From positions 39,992,001 to 40,056,000 of the forward strand of contig CM052818.1 of NCBI GenBank assembly GCA_028534125.1: a stretch of 64,000 nt of DNA, written 5' to 3'. Below, in pieces: positions 11,786-23,290 of the stretch. Origin of the DNA: Lama glama. Lineage: Eukaryota. The position numbers were made by a program, and so were the translations under genes. The notes beneath the pieces were generated by a model. It was not told the DNA's origin. It searched no databases and saw only the letters and a list, made by a program, of their open reading frames with translations. How positions within the stretch are numbered: position 1 is the first letter of the stretch; each line of letters starts with the position of its first letter.

Positions 11786-12929
11786 CTGTCATTCTTTCTC
11801 CCTCCTGGCTGTTATCAGAGCCCTAAGAGAAGGCTTCTTTGCCCAGGAGAACATCGCATTTGCTCCTCCCGGCCCCCGAGCCATGCCCTTTTAATATGGA
11901 CCCAGTCCTCAGTGTAACCTCCTGGTTGTCACAGCTCCCAGTCCCATTCTGGTTCTCATATGGGCAGGCGCTGTAAATCAGCTCACAATACACAGGCTCA
12001 GTTTGAATTTCAGCAGAGTTCTCTAGAAACAATAACCAGATGCAATTCAGCTCGCATTGCGTCCACATAAGGAATCCATTCCAAGAAAAGTCAGAGGATG
12101 CACTGTGATTCGCAGTCAGATGAATGACTTCTAATCTTCCCTGGGCTCATTTTAGAACTCAAAGAAGAAATAACATCTAGATTAATTTTAGAGTTCAGCC
12201 TTTGCATCCGGCCTCAGGAAGAATGCATATATAATTTAGTCCTAGAATGATGACCCCTTAGATCACAGATCACTCATGGGTAGGGACTCCTTCTAGACAC
12301 CTGCCACACTCAAGGCAATTTCCTCTTTTCAGTTTCAAGGGCAATTTCAGACTTTGCTTTCATATAAGCTACTTAGAAAAACCAGGACACCATCCTGGGA
12401 GTAAAACAGGATCCTCCAGGAATTACATCATTTATTTTTCAACAAAGATTAATTTAATTTGGTTTAGTTTAACACGAGTGTATGATCGTAGATTTGATAA
12501 CCAAATAGATGCCTTGACGTAAATTTCAGCCTTGGTTTAGCTCTCTCCCAGTGAGAAAAACAAAGACTCTCAGTGGTATCTGGTGTATCGCCCCTCCAAG
12601 GGGGAGGAAAAGGCTAGGCTTTCAATTTTCTTAAACATAAAACTTGAAATCCACATATAATAATAAACAAATGGTTTAAGGCATTTTATGTCATAAATGT
12701 GCTGCCGTTATTTAGTTATGAATTTTCAGGTTCAGGAATTATGCTAAAACCCAGGGGTCATTATGGAATGTCTGTATATTTGATTTCCTAAGTTCCAGAT
12801 AGGTTTTAATGTGTTCAATGTTATACCACTGCGTTCCCCCAGCTATTTCTTTACCCTCAGAGACATGTCCTAATAACAGGCCTCCGTGTCTTCTGCTTAG
12901 TGAAAGTGAGAATAATAGCTCCAAAAAGT

Positions 12930-12934
12930 ATGTC

Positions 12935-12973
<39 letters not shown>
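12930..12973. repeat. (TG)n microsatellite
   Basis: Direct reading. Confidence 0.97.
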
Positions 12974-12975
<2 letters not shown>

Positions 12976-13394
12976 TTTTTCACTTTAACATATGTTCCCA
13001 CATGGCCAAGTGGTTGAACCCAATACAGTTAACAACTTAGGAAGAGATTCATTGAATTTTCCAGGTCTCTTCATGGCCAGAGTTACTTTGTAAGGAGACC
13101 CTAAATGTGGAATAATCAACATGTTAAAGTAATCTAGATGTTTATGATTTGATAACTCTTTGGTGCATTGTTTAACAACATGTTTTCAATTTACTTTCCT
13201 TCAAATAGCTCCAAATAACCCCGTGATTTTGGATGATTGATTATGGGAATGCTGCTTTTACTGTACATCCAAGGTAATTTTAAAATTACATCTTCTTTTC
13301 ATTGTTAAGGGGTAAAATCATTTGCAGGTCTTGACATGATTTATCAGAAAAAGGGGGACAAAGGGTCAGTCTTGGCCTCACTCCATTAGAACAT

Positions 13395-13545
13395 TAGCAT
13401 GTGAGCCCAGAAGTAAAGCATTAGGCTTCGTGGCAGCTGGGTCCTAATCTCAGTGTGCTAAATAATCAGCTCTGTGGCCTTAGGAAAGTCATCAAGCTCT
13501 TGTGACTCACTTTCCTTCCATATAAAACCAACAAAACAATTGTGA
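13395..13545 (+). mobile_element. MIR fragment
   Basis: gctgggtcctaatctcag...gctctgtggccttaggaaagtcatcaagctcttgtgactcactttccttccatataaaa. Confidence 0.6.
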
Positions 13546-13861
13546 TCGAAACCTCCCGTAGAGATTATGATTCATTGTAACGGGGGGCAAGACCTTGAAA
13601 TCTGTATTTCTCCTGAGAACCTGATGTTTATAGTCAAACAAGTTTAGAAAATATTAGATTAAATGACTTCTAGGTCCAGGCCTAAAGTTCCATGACTCTA
13701 GAACCAAGGCTTCCTGTCTTCTAGACATTTTTCTTTCAATGTAACCATTTTATTACCTAATGGCATCCTTACTTCACCATATAGCCATGTAGATTTCTCT
13801 CAAACACTGTGCTCAAGCTTTTATTTAAATGAACTGTTTAATCCTCCTAAGAGCCTTACAC

Positions 13862-14180
13862 TGTCAGCATATTAGTCATGGTTATTAATCCTACCTGCTA
13901 CAACAAACTCCCCAGTCTCAGTGGCTTAACATGTGGAAGTTTTATTTCACACTCATGTAAAATCTTCCTCCATCTTGCAGCTAGGTCATCTGGGATAGGT
14001 GTCCTTCATGGGAAGACAAAGATAGAAGACACTGGATCTTACCTATCATCACAGGACGTGACTTACAACACTTCCGTTCACAGCCGATTGGCTGAAATAA
14101 GTCACATGGTCCTGATCCAGTTAGAAGATGAGAAATGTAAAGGAGTACATGCAGGTCAATTAACCAAAAACGTCCCTGCC
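13862..14180 (-). mobile_element. MLT1-type (ERVL-MaLR) solo LTR remnant
   Basis: gctacaacaaactccccagtctcagtggcttaaca...tttatttcacactcatg and cacttccgttcacagccgattggctgaaataagtcacatggtc. Confidence 0.65.
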
Positions 14181-14317
14181 ATAGGAGGGGGTCTGAATGT
14201 TACAGGTTTAAGGAACTGAGGCGCATGAAGGCCAATTAACAGCAGGGTTTCACTTGAAGATTGTTACTGATGAAGAACGTCACGTGGTATTTCATTCAAA
14301 AAAAGGGGCATGCGTTA

Positions 14318-14650
14318 GTCACAAGATGCCAAGATGTGGCAACAACCTAAATGTCCATCACTGGATGAACAGATAAAGAAAATGTGGTATATACATACAA
14401 TGGACATATTCAGCCTGAACAACAACAACAAAAAAGGAAATCTTGCCATATGTGACTATGTGGATGAGCCTGGATGGCATTATGTTAAGTGAAATATGGT
14501 AGTCACAGTAGGACAAATACTGCATGATTGCACTTACCTGCTGAATCTAAAATAATCACACTTATAGAGGAAGAGAGCAGAATGGTAGTTGCTAGGGGCT
14601 GGGGGAAGGGAGAAATCGAGAGATGTTCTTCAATGAGTATAAAGTTTTAC
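14318..14650 (+). mobile_element. L1MB-like 3' fragment
   Basis: gccaagatgtggcaacaacctaaatgtccatc...gaaaatgtggtatatacatacaatgg...gacaaatactgcatgatt...agaatggtagttgctaggggctggggg. Confidence 0.9.
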
Positions 14651-15774
14651 TACTTAAATGCCCCCCCCAAATAAAATAAATTTTATTGATGTAAAGGTTG
14701 TCGAGCACAAATTTACAAGTAATAATAATAGAATATAAAATACTCTGTATGCAAAAAAAAGAAAAAAAAGGCATGGCTTCCAAGAATAAAACTTACGTTT
14801 TCCCTTAGAGAGAAGAGGGTTTTCTTCCAAATATGTAGCTAGAGGAATGATTTTTTTTTTTTTGAAGTTGTCCTTGCCACTCTGTCTTTGAATGCTGAAC
14901 TCTGAAGCCATCTCCCTCCCTCAGGCAGACAGGTGCTCCCACTAAGGGAACACGAGGTCCCGGAGGTCTCTCCCGTAATCTACTTTGAACCTGACTTGCT
15001 CACTTCTGTAAAATAGGAATCTCAAGGTGTCGAAGAATCATCCATTTCACCTTAGCCTTTTTAAGCAGTTCTATGCACAGATTATTTCTTCACAACTAAA
15101 GCTGTGAAATACCAGCTCTGTCCATTCAAAGCACACCTGTTGTAAAGAGACACTTTTTCCTTCTTTCTACTTTTTGACCCTGAGAAATCTCTCAATTGTT
15201 CAACAAATAATTTTAAGGAGACGGAGAGATTCCAAGATCTGTGGAAACAGAATATCAGGAAAGTAAGCCCTGTGCTGGAGGAACATCCGGTCCCCAGCAA
15301 AACCAAAACAGAATGAAAACAACACCAAAAAGCAGGCAAGTTGTGGTTAGTGCTGTAATTGACATGCGTGTAGAGGAAGGAAAGGCTCGAGAGGGGAACA
15401 GGTACTTCCTCGGGCTTCGAGGAGTCAGGACGGGCATCAGAGGAAGCAAACGACAATTTCACTGGGCCAACAAGGATAAGGCGTTGTTTGTTAGCTAGAG
15501 GCGTAGAATCCAGGTGAGGGAAGAGGCTGAGCAGGATCACCGAAGTTGGGGAGTCCCAGCATTTGGGAGGATGCGGTGGGCAGGGGATGGATGGAAATCG
15601 GGGCTTGAGTCCAATGTTCAAGAACCTAAATAACCTTACAAAGAAGTCTGGACTTCACTCTGTGTTCATTAAGGAGCTATCTGAGGTTTTAATCAGGGGT
15701 CAAATATGCGCTGCAGAAACTTCATTTTGATGTCCAGGAGAGGTGAAATTCCACACTTGCATCATCTTTGTGTA

Positions 15775-16050
15775 GCGTAGATAACAAATTGTCGACCAAT
15801 ATCTGTTTTTCTCTGCTTATAACAAAAATCTTAATGGGGAGTGTGATGCTCAGAGTGAAGATGACATTGCCCATTTCCTTACGTTGGTATGGCCATGTGA
15901 CTAAGCTCCAGCCAGTGGAACATAGATAAAGACCCAAGGGAACCTCTTAGTTGTTTTTCTTAAAAGACAGCTGGCACACGTGATGGCGTCTCTTGTCTTC
16001 TTGCTGCCACTTAGAATGCAGATGTGATGACAAGCTTCTTGGGCCATTTT
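15775..16050 (+). mobile_element. ERVL/MaLR-type LTR, 5' part (LTR16/LTR33-like)
   Basis: ggtatggccatgtgactaagctccagccagtgg...ttagaatgcagatgtgatgacaagc...gccatt. Confidence 0.55.
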
Positions 16051-16064
16051 TTTAAAAAAAAAGA

Positions 16065-16300
16065 TCATTCGAATTGAAAAGACCAACTGAATTTTCCTCC
16101 ATTTGGATTGCTTTTCCACTTTGACCAAAAATCAGCTGGACATATTTACGGAGGTCTATTTCTGGATTCTCTGTTTTGTTCTGTTGATCTATGGACCTAT
16201 CTCTCTGCAAATATCATGCTGTGTTAATTACTGTATGTATATAGTAAGCTTTAATGTCAGATAGAGTGATTCCTCCCACTTTATTCTTCTTTTTCAAGAT
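16065..16300 (-). mobile_element. Old L1 ORF2 fragment, antisense
   Basis: ttgaaaagac...aaaaatcagctggacatattta...gtctatttctggattctctgttttgttctgttgatctatg...ctttattcttctttttcaagatt. Confidence 0.85.
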
Positions 16301-16304
16301 TCAC

Positions 16305-16542
16305 AGCCCATTTTAGGAAATACATTTTACTTTATAAAGTAGAATACACGTACGTGAACACACATACATATATGAAATCCATTTCAGGAAAAAGATATAT
16401 TGATTATTTGTGACGCACTCTGATTTTTTTCTAACCTTTTCTGTTTCATTTTATTTTCAATAAAAAGTGCTGGCCATGACCCACTAAACTGCTTTCACAA
16501 CCCATGAATGGGTCTCTCAACTTGCAGTTGAAAAAACATCGC
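16305..16542. mobile_element. hAT-Charlie-type DNA transposon end
   Basis: catgacccactaaactgctttcacaacccatgaatgggtc...gcagttgaaaaaaca resembles a Charlie terminal region. Confidence 0.5.
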
Positions 16543-17199
16543 AACACACAGAAATGGGGAGTGGATATTTACCATCGATCCACTGTACCCCCCAGAGAGG
16601 AAAACTAGAAGGAAAGAGAAACCTGCTTCACTGGAAGGAGAACGACCGATGGGGTTGCCTGAGTCCTGTTAACTCTCTTTTCTGGTTGGGAGAAGGGCTT
16701 GTAAAGAACGCGCAGCCCACTTTCAGGGGTGCTATCCTTAGGTCTCTAAACATGGGATTGGTTTTCTTTGAAACAGAAAAACCACTCCGCAAGAAATTTA
16801 AAAGCTCTGTAAAACGGCATTTGTTATCATGCTAATCAGCAGGCCAGTTCTTTTACATGTGTTATCCTCCTGTATCCTCATCCTGTGGTAAGAGATACAG
16901 TATGATTTCCATTATATGTACGAGAAAACATACATACATTCTACATAACCCCATAGAGGTTGAGGGGTTTATTCAAATGTGCACATCCGATGGGCAAGCA
17001 CAGTCAGACCCAAGCCTGTGTTGGTCTCAACCCTCAGCCCCAGATCTCACGCCTGAGGCTGGGCTGAGGCACCCTGTTGTGATCAGACACCTACAGAGGA
17101 AGGAGATGAGCTCCTTTGAATGTTCATCTGAATGTTCTCAAGACGATGATGTAACTACCTATGTGGACCGTGAGGCTGGGGGCCACACCCCCGGAGCTG

Positions 17200-17367
17200 T
17201 ACAGGGTCCTTGATTGTGAGGGAGACTTTGTGGAATGGAGCCACCAGACCAGCCCTGAACTACTACAGCCGGTCTTCTACATGAGCGAGGAAAAACTTTT
17301 ATCAGGTTTAAGCCACTGTTATTTCGGGTTTATGTTACTCACAGTTGAATCTAATCCTAACTGATAC
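17200..17367 (+). mobile_element. ERVL/MaLR-type LTR, 3' part
   Basis: gagccaccagaccagccctgaactac...gtttaagccactgttatttcgggtttatgttac...atcctaactgataca (canonical ...CA end). Confidence 0.7.
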
Positions 17368-18504
17368 ACCCACTATCCCACAAGAACAGTGGCAGAAAAA
17401 TATATATCACGTATCCATCACATAAATCTACTTTTATAAGGGAATGAAGTCAGATTATTACCCCCAATAAAAAGGTGTTTTGCAACATGACCCAGGAATT
17501 TAGAAGTACCGTTTATTCCCTGTGTCTCCCTGTCTCAGAGTCTCACAGACACGGCTCCCTCTGGCCTCAGTGGACATCTGTGGGAGCCTGGTTTCCATGG
17601 TGTCAGGATATGGAGGTCCAGGGAATGAAGAGCCTCGGAGGATGACGCCTGGATTGTCGAGCTCTGGCCAGCCGCGCAATTTGGCCAACCTTGCCATCAA
17701 AAGCAAGATGAAGAGCTCGCTTGTTTTCTCCTTCGCTGAGTAAGTTTTCCAAGTGGAGAAAGAAAAAAGACAATGGCGGAGAAATAGAACAGAAGAAAAA
17801 TGAAATATAAACAAACTAAACTCTTTACTGAACAGAAAAGTTCAATTAAAAAAAAAAGAGGAGAGAAATGTAGGATACTAATTTGAACCATAGCCCCATG
17901 TCTAATGCTTTTAGCCAAGGAAAGGAGAGAAATGCAAAAGAAATCTGAGTCAGAGGGAAGATGTCATGGTGAGTTTCAATGGGATGAATTTCTTATTAAT
18001 TCTAAAGAACACGGTGCAACATGGATTTAATTATACAAGTCAACCCACCCACATTCCTCTGTTGCTTTTCACACACATGGGCTTCTGAGGATGATGAAAG
18101 GTGGGTGGAGAAAAAGGAGAAAGGAGGAAACACACGGGGAGGCTAAGGCCACAGAAGAGGCGGCTCTCCTCCAGGGTCCAGCCGCTCTCAGCCTCCCCTT
18201 TCTAAACATGAAAGCCACAGAGCCCCACCACATCCCAGCAATAGCATCCGACCTTGCCAGTCCCAGCTGGTCCGCTGACCTGGCCTGCAAGCACACCTCC
18301 GTTTTGTTCTATTTACTGCAGAGAAGAGATTCTTAACATTTTAAGGGATGGAGAGAAGGAATATCACAAGGGGGACAGATAGGAGTTTCAAACAACCTCT
18401 CAGCTGCTTTTAATTTCCTGTGGGATGCTCGACACCATCGCACCAAGAGTTTCACTAAGAACAAACAAACCAACTAAAACCCCAGAGAGTTTGAATGTAT
18501 TAGA

Positions 18505-18780
18505 AAGTTTTTAAAATTTATACTTTTAATAGCAATTATATCTACTTAAGAAGTGAAACATGATGTTTTGACACATTACACATAGTAAAATAATGACCAC
18601 TAGCATGTCCCTCTCCTCTCATATTTATCTTTCTTTCTTTTTTTTTTTTTCTGGTGCGTGAACCTAAAATCTACTATCTTAGCAAATTCCCGGTGTACAG
18701 TACTCTGTTACTAACTATTATCATGCTGTACACGTTAGATCTCAAGACTTATTCATCCTACAAAGCTACCACTTTGTTGA
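18505..18780 (-). mobile_element. L1MA-like 3'UTR, antisense
   Basis: aacatgatgttttgacac...taaaatctactatcttagcaaatt...catgctgtacacgttagatctc...acttattcatcct. Confidence 0.85.
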
Positions 18781-19711
18781 AACAGCGTTCAGCATTCCCT
18801 AAAGTGTCTCTGGGGCGTTTTATCTGTGCTGCCATCAACAGTACCCCCATCTCTGTACAGGTGAAAGTGTTAATGATTTCCCGTAACCGAGACCCCAGTT
18901 TCCTCCTGCTGTTTCTCCTCACTTTCAGATAACAACCCCAGAGAATTCCAGCTGTTAGGAAGCCCCCTTGATCATTCTATGACTTTTGCTAACTCTCCGT
19001 AGACATTTTTAGACTATTAGATGGAGGCTGTCTCATTTGGGAAGGAATCCAGCGGCAGAGTGATGGACCTATAAAGTTGCCGGGCTTCAGCATCCGAGAG
19101 CGGTTGAAGATAAAAAAAAGACAAACAAATGAAATCCCCACGCTAGCCCTTCTGAGCATAAGGGATACACGGAAGAGAAGTACATGCTGAGAGAACCCTT
19201 GAAAAGCTTTAGCTAGGTCTCCATAAGTGACCCCCAGAGTCATCAAGGAACTGGCCCAGCAGGGTAGTGGCCACCGCTCTCACCCCCGGGAAAATGGGGA
19301 ATTGGCAAAATACACTGGAATATGGCCCAAGGAACACCCGGCCTTAGTCATAATCCAAGAATCCAGAAACTGCCTTCAAAACTGCTGCATTCAAAGCCAC
19401 ACCGTGTCTGCTGCCGCTGCACCGGCAGAGGAGTGATGCCCTGCGCTCCCTCGTGATACCACAAAACTCGTGACTGAAAACTGGCATGCCTGCTCAAACC
19501 AGGGGCGGGGCGGGGTCGGAGGGCAAAACCAGATGCCTCTGTGATCACGTTCGCCCCATTCCACCTTCTCAGCTTCCCAGGAGTGTATCTGGAAACTATA
19601 TAACATTTGGAGCCCTAGCCTTGAGGGAATACGCCTTTAACTCTCCACTCTTTACAGTATAAGAACGCATATTAGAAAGATAGCTTTCCGACATTTTTCA
19701 ATTGCGACCGA

Positions 19712-19896
19712 TTTTTTTAAAAACAAAATTTATTTTGAAATCATTGTAGATTTACATTCAGTTGTAAGAAATACTGCAGAGACCTCACGCACTCTTTACT
19801 CAGTTTCCCCAAATGGCAATGTCTTGCAAAACCATAGTACCATATCACAACTAGTTTTATAGACATTGGGAGAAGATTTCTCAGTTTTATCTGTGC

Positions 19897-19939
<43 letters not shown>

Positions 19940-20000
19940 TTCGCTGCAGTTTTATCACATGCATAGAGCTTTCTATCACCACAGTCAAGACACAAAATGC
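19712..20000 (-). mobile_element. L1MB/MC-like 3' end, antisense, containing (TG)n at about 19892-19937
   Basis: ttattttgaaatcattgtagatttacattcagttgtaagaaatactgcagaga...cagtttccccaaatggcaatgtcttgcaaaaccatagtac. Confidence 0.85.
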
Positions 20001-21837
20001 AGGGCACCTTGTTGTGCTCAAAAGCCAGGAGTGACTATAAAGGAAGGCCATGGGCCTCCCATCTCACCAACAAAACCACCTGCATCTTCACTATATTTAT
20101 AGCCACCCAGCAAGTAAGCCTTCGACCCCTCCATTGACCTGGTCCACTCCAGCATAACTGGTTCGGCGTGGTCTCCCGTTGCCCACCTCTCAGTCCTTCC
20201 AGGATATCCATGCCTGCTGGGCTTCCTGGTACTGGGGACTGTCCTTAATTGAAGCCATCAGATTCCACAGTCTAACCCTTAGGTCTCCCCCAGGAGCCAT
20301 TCTCTAAAAGTAGCTTTGATTTTAAGCTCATAAGTCACATGTTGTTCCAGAGCTGACATTAAAAAAAAAAAAATTTACAAGCCCTTTCCAATAAAAAACG
20401 TTTGTGACCGAAATACAGGATAAACCAAACTTTTAGAGTCTTTGCTATGAGTGGGTGCTCGGTCGTGGGAGCCAATGGTCTAGTGGCCAGGGATGGTACC
20501 TCCTCTCTACCAGTCATACCGAATCTATCCACAGGGGACGTTCTGAAAAGAGGAAAAAATCAGCTGTAAATCTTCAGAGATTTTGCTATTTTAAACACTA
20601 ACAAAGTGAGAGGCCACAAGTTTTCATGTGAACTTGTTACAGGGCTGGGATAGTTCTAGGATTTGGGACAAAAGAGGTCTGAATTCCAGAAGCTCTGGTG
20701 GGTTGTGAGTCATTGGAAACAAATTTGATCCTTTTTTCTTGGTTCTGAGCCGAATCGGGGTACATGGTGCACAGAGGAGATGCAGAGGGAGTTCTCGGGG
20801 GGGCCCCCATCCCATCAGGGTCTTCTCCCTGCCTTTACCACTCCTGTCCCCCTCGGTCTCCACCTCCCCACAGTGTAATTTGCCGTTTAATGCATTCTCT
20901 GAGCTTTTAATTTGAACAACTTCATTTTATTTCTAACACTTAGCTGTCTTTAAAGTGGTTTCCCTAACATTCACTTTCTACGCTAGGAAGTGGGTCCTCT
21001 GTTTACCTTTCATCTCGGGCAGTTGAAAGGGACGACTGCTGTAGTGTTTTGCTTTCCCTAATTCAGTCTTCGTGAGTGAGCAGGTGATCAGAGTTGCTGT
21101 GGTCCCCAGTATTTCATGCACTTCAATCTCAGAAACCATGAAGCTTTGGTCTTTCCAGTAGAAGACACCTTCTTGTTTTAGGATATCCTCCCAGATATTT
21201 CTGGGTGGGAGGCTGCAGACAAGAAATGGGAAATAGGAAAGAGGGGAACTCACTGTCTGCTGGCATCGTCCACTTGCCCCTGTTCTTAGGAAGTGGCCTT
21301 GCCTACTGTACACAAATCTGACTTAGCTTGTACCAACCACACTTGGCTCCTTCCTCTATTTACAGCGAACACACATTCTCAACCTCACTCTCCTGTTTTA
21401 TATCATTTCACTCAGTCATCACTTCCACTCTTCAACTGAAAGACTTTCTGTTTACTTTGACCAACTCACATGATGTGAGATAAATGTTCAAATCCCTCTT
21501 TATGGGCATTTAAAGATTGCAACACTACTTTTACAAGGCAGCTCTTTGATTCCAGAGTGGATAAGCTGCAAAGCCGCAGTTGGGCTCCATCACAGCTGCA
21601 AAGGGACAGAGTCCTGAAGTTGGTTTTTGCTCATGAAAAGGTAAACAACGACACACAGATTTGAAAACACATAGAACCAGGTACGCCCTGCAGAAAGCTA
21701 GTAGTGTCCATCGGACTGGTGTCACTGTCCTGGAATAATGACCTTCAGAGACCAAGTGTAGACTCACAAGTGCTAAGAGTTACCAGCCAACTATATCGCA
21801 TAACCGAGCCCATCTAGAGTCACAGCACTGGAAATAA

Positions 21838-22072
21838 GTGCTAACATTTATCGAACACGTAGTAGATGTTCAGCGTAGCTCTGGTGCTGTACGCGAGTTC
21901 TTGATCTCATTCTCACAACTATTAGGATCCGTTCCACTTTTCAGCTGAGGATGCCAAAGCGCAGAGAGGTTCTGCCACTAGCCCCAGGTCACACAGCCAG
22001 AACATAGCAGAGCTGGGAGTAAGCCCCCCAACCTCTGGCTCCAGAGGCCCTGCTGCTCTTAGCTACTGTGCC
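21838..22072 (-). mobile_element. MIR SINE, near full length
   Basis: aacatttatcgaacac...cagagaggttctgccactagccccaggtcacacagc...gcagagctggga...tctggctccagag. Confidence 0.8.
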
Positions 22073-22459
22073 CAGCCACTTCCCCCAGGAATGCCTCCAG
22101 CGAGCCAGCGCTCACTGTTCCTCGAGGGAGCTATTTCTGTTGCCTCCCAGAACGATCAGGACACTTCTGTTGTTGAGTTAATGTGTCCCTCACTCCTTAA
22201 GTTTTTCTTCCATCTCCAGAGCCATCCAGAACATTGTTTTGTTTCCTTTTATTCTCCTAACAGGCTCCAGAGATTTGAAGATATCAATTGATCCTGTCAG
22301 TTGCACCTGAATATTCTCTTTGTGGTTAGTGGAAGCCATCCCATTGTAAAGGAAAAACTGTAGCATCGGATAATTGAACAGCTCGCCACTCCTCCAGCTC
22401 TAGTCGGAAGCCTAAGTTTAAAGTTGGGTGTAAAAAGCATTAGGGATACTCTCAAGGCA

Positions 22460-22800
22460 ACGGTAAGATATGCTGATGAATATTTGTGTAGCTACTCACA
22501 GTGTCATTTCTATTATCCACAAATTAGGAATAACTCGTGTCCAAAATACGGGAATTAATATAGGATAAGTTAGCCATGCATCATAATATGCATTCATTAA
22601 AATGGATGCTTTCAAATAATAAGTAAGGATAGGAAGTTCTCATAATAATGTTCATTTTTAAGAGTAGGATTTAAAACATTTAGAGTACTGTCTTAATTTT
22701 GAAAAACACATTTAAAATGTTTTTAAAAACCTCATATATACATATACTGAGAAAAAGGGAAGAAATAAATGCACCATTCTACTAATAACAGATTATCTTT
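22460..22800 (+). mobile_element. Very old L1ME-like 3' fragment
   Basis: AT-rich; aattaggaataactcgtgtccaaaatacggga and similar degenerate L1 3' motifs. Confidence 0.4.
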
Positions 22801-22877
22801 TATCTTTTCTTCTAAATACCCTGTATATATTCTTTGGACATTCATTATTTTTGGAATCAGAGGGAATAGATTGTCAT

Positions 22878-22878
<1 letters not shown>

Positions 22879-22907
<29 letters not shown>
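22879..22907. repeat. (TG)n microsatellite
   Basis: Direct reading. Confidence 0.95.
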
Positions 22908-22911
<4 letters not shown>

Positions 22912-23140
22912 AAATCAGATGTGTCCAAGAATCACCTCCAGCCAAAGTTGGATTTGAAGATTGGGGATGGGGGAACAACATTGAAATGGGATGTTTCTAA
23001 CATCCATTTGATCACAATGTTTTGGGTCGCAAAATGCATTTCAACTCAGCGGTCAGGGAATGAGAGCAGCTGGGCCTTTCCCCTTCCACACTCCTCCTCC
23101 TTCAGTCTCCTAGTGGACAGTGTCAGGGCTCCCACCCACA

Positions 23141-23290
23141 CAGGGTTGTCAGATAAAATGCAGGATACCCAGTTAAATTCAAACGAATATTGCATGGGAC
23201 ATACTTACATTAAAAAATGATTCCTTGTTTACCTGAAAATCAGATTTAGCTGGGCATCTTATACTTTAGCTGTTAAACCTGGCAACCCTG
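23141..23290. mobile_element. MER53 hAT MITE, internally deleted
   Basis: TIRs cagggttgtcag...ctggcaaccctg; internal ataaaatgcaggatacccagttaaatt and attgcatgggacatactta. Confidence 0.85.

Noticed and set aside
15082..15621. 179-aa minus-strand ORF
   Set aside because: Non-ATG start, low-complexity Leu/Ser/Phe composition typical of antisense purine-rich DNA, no family match
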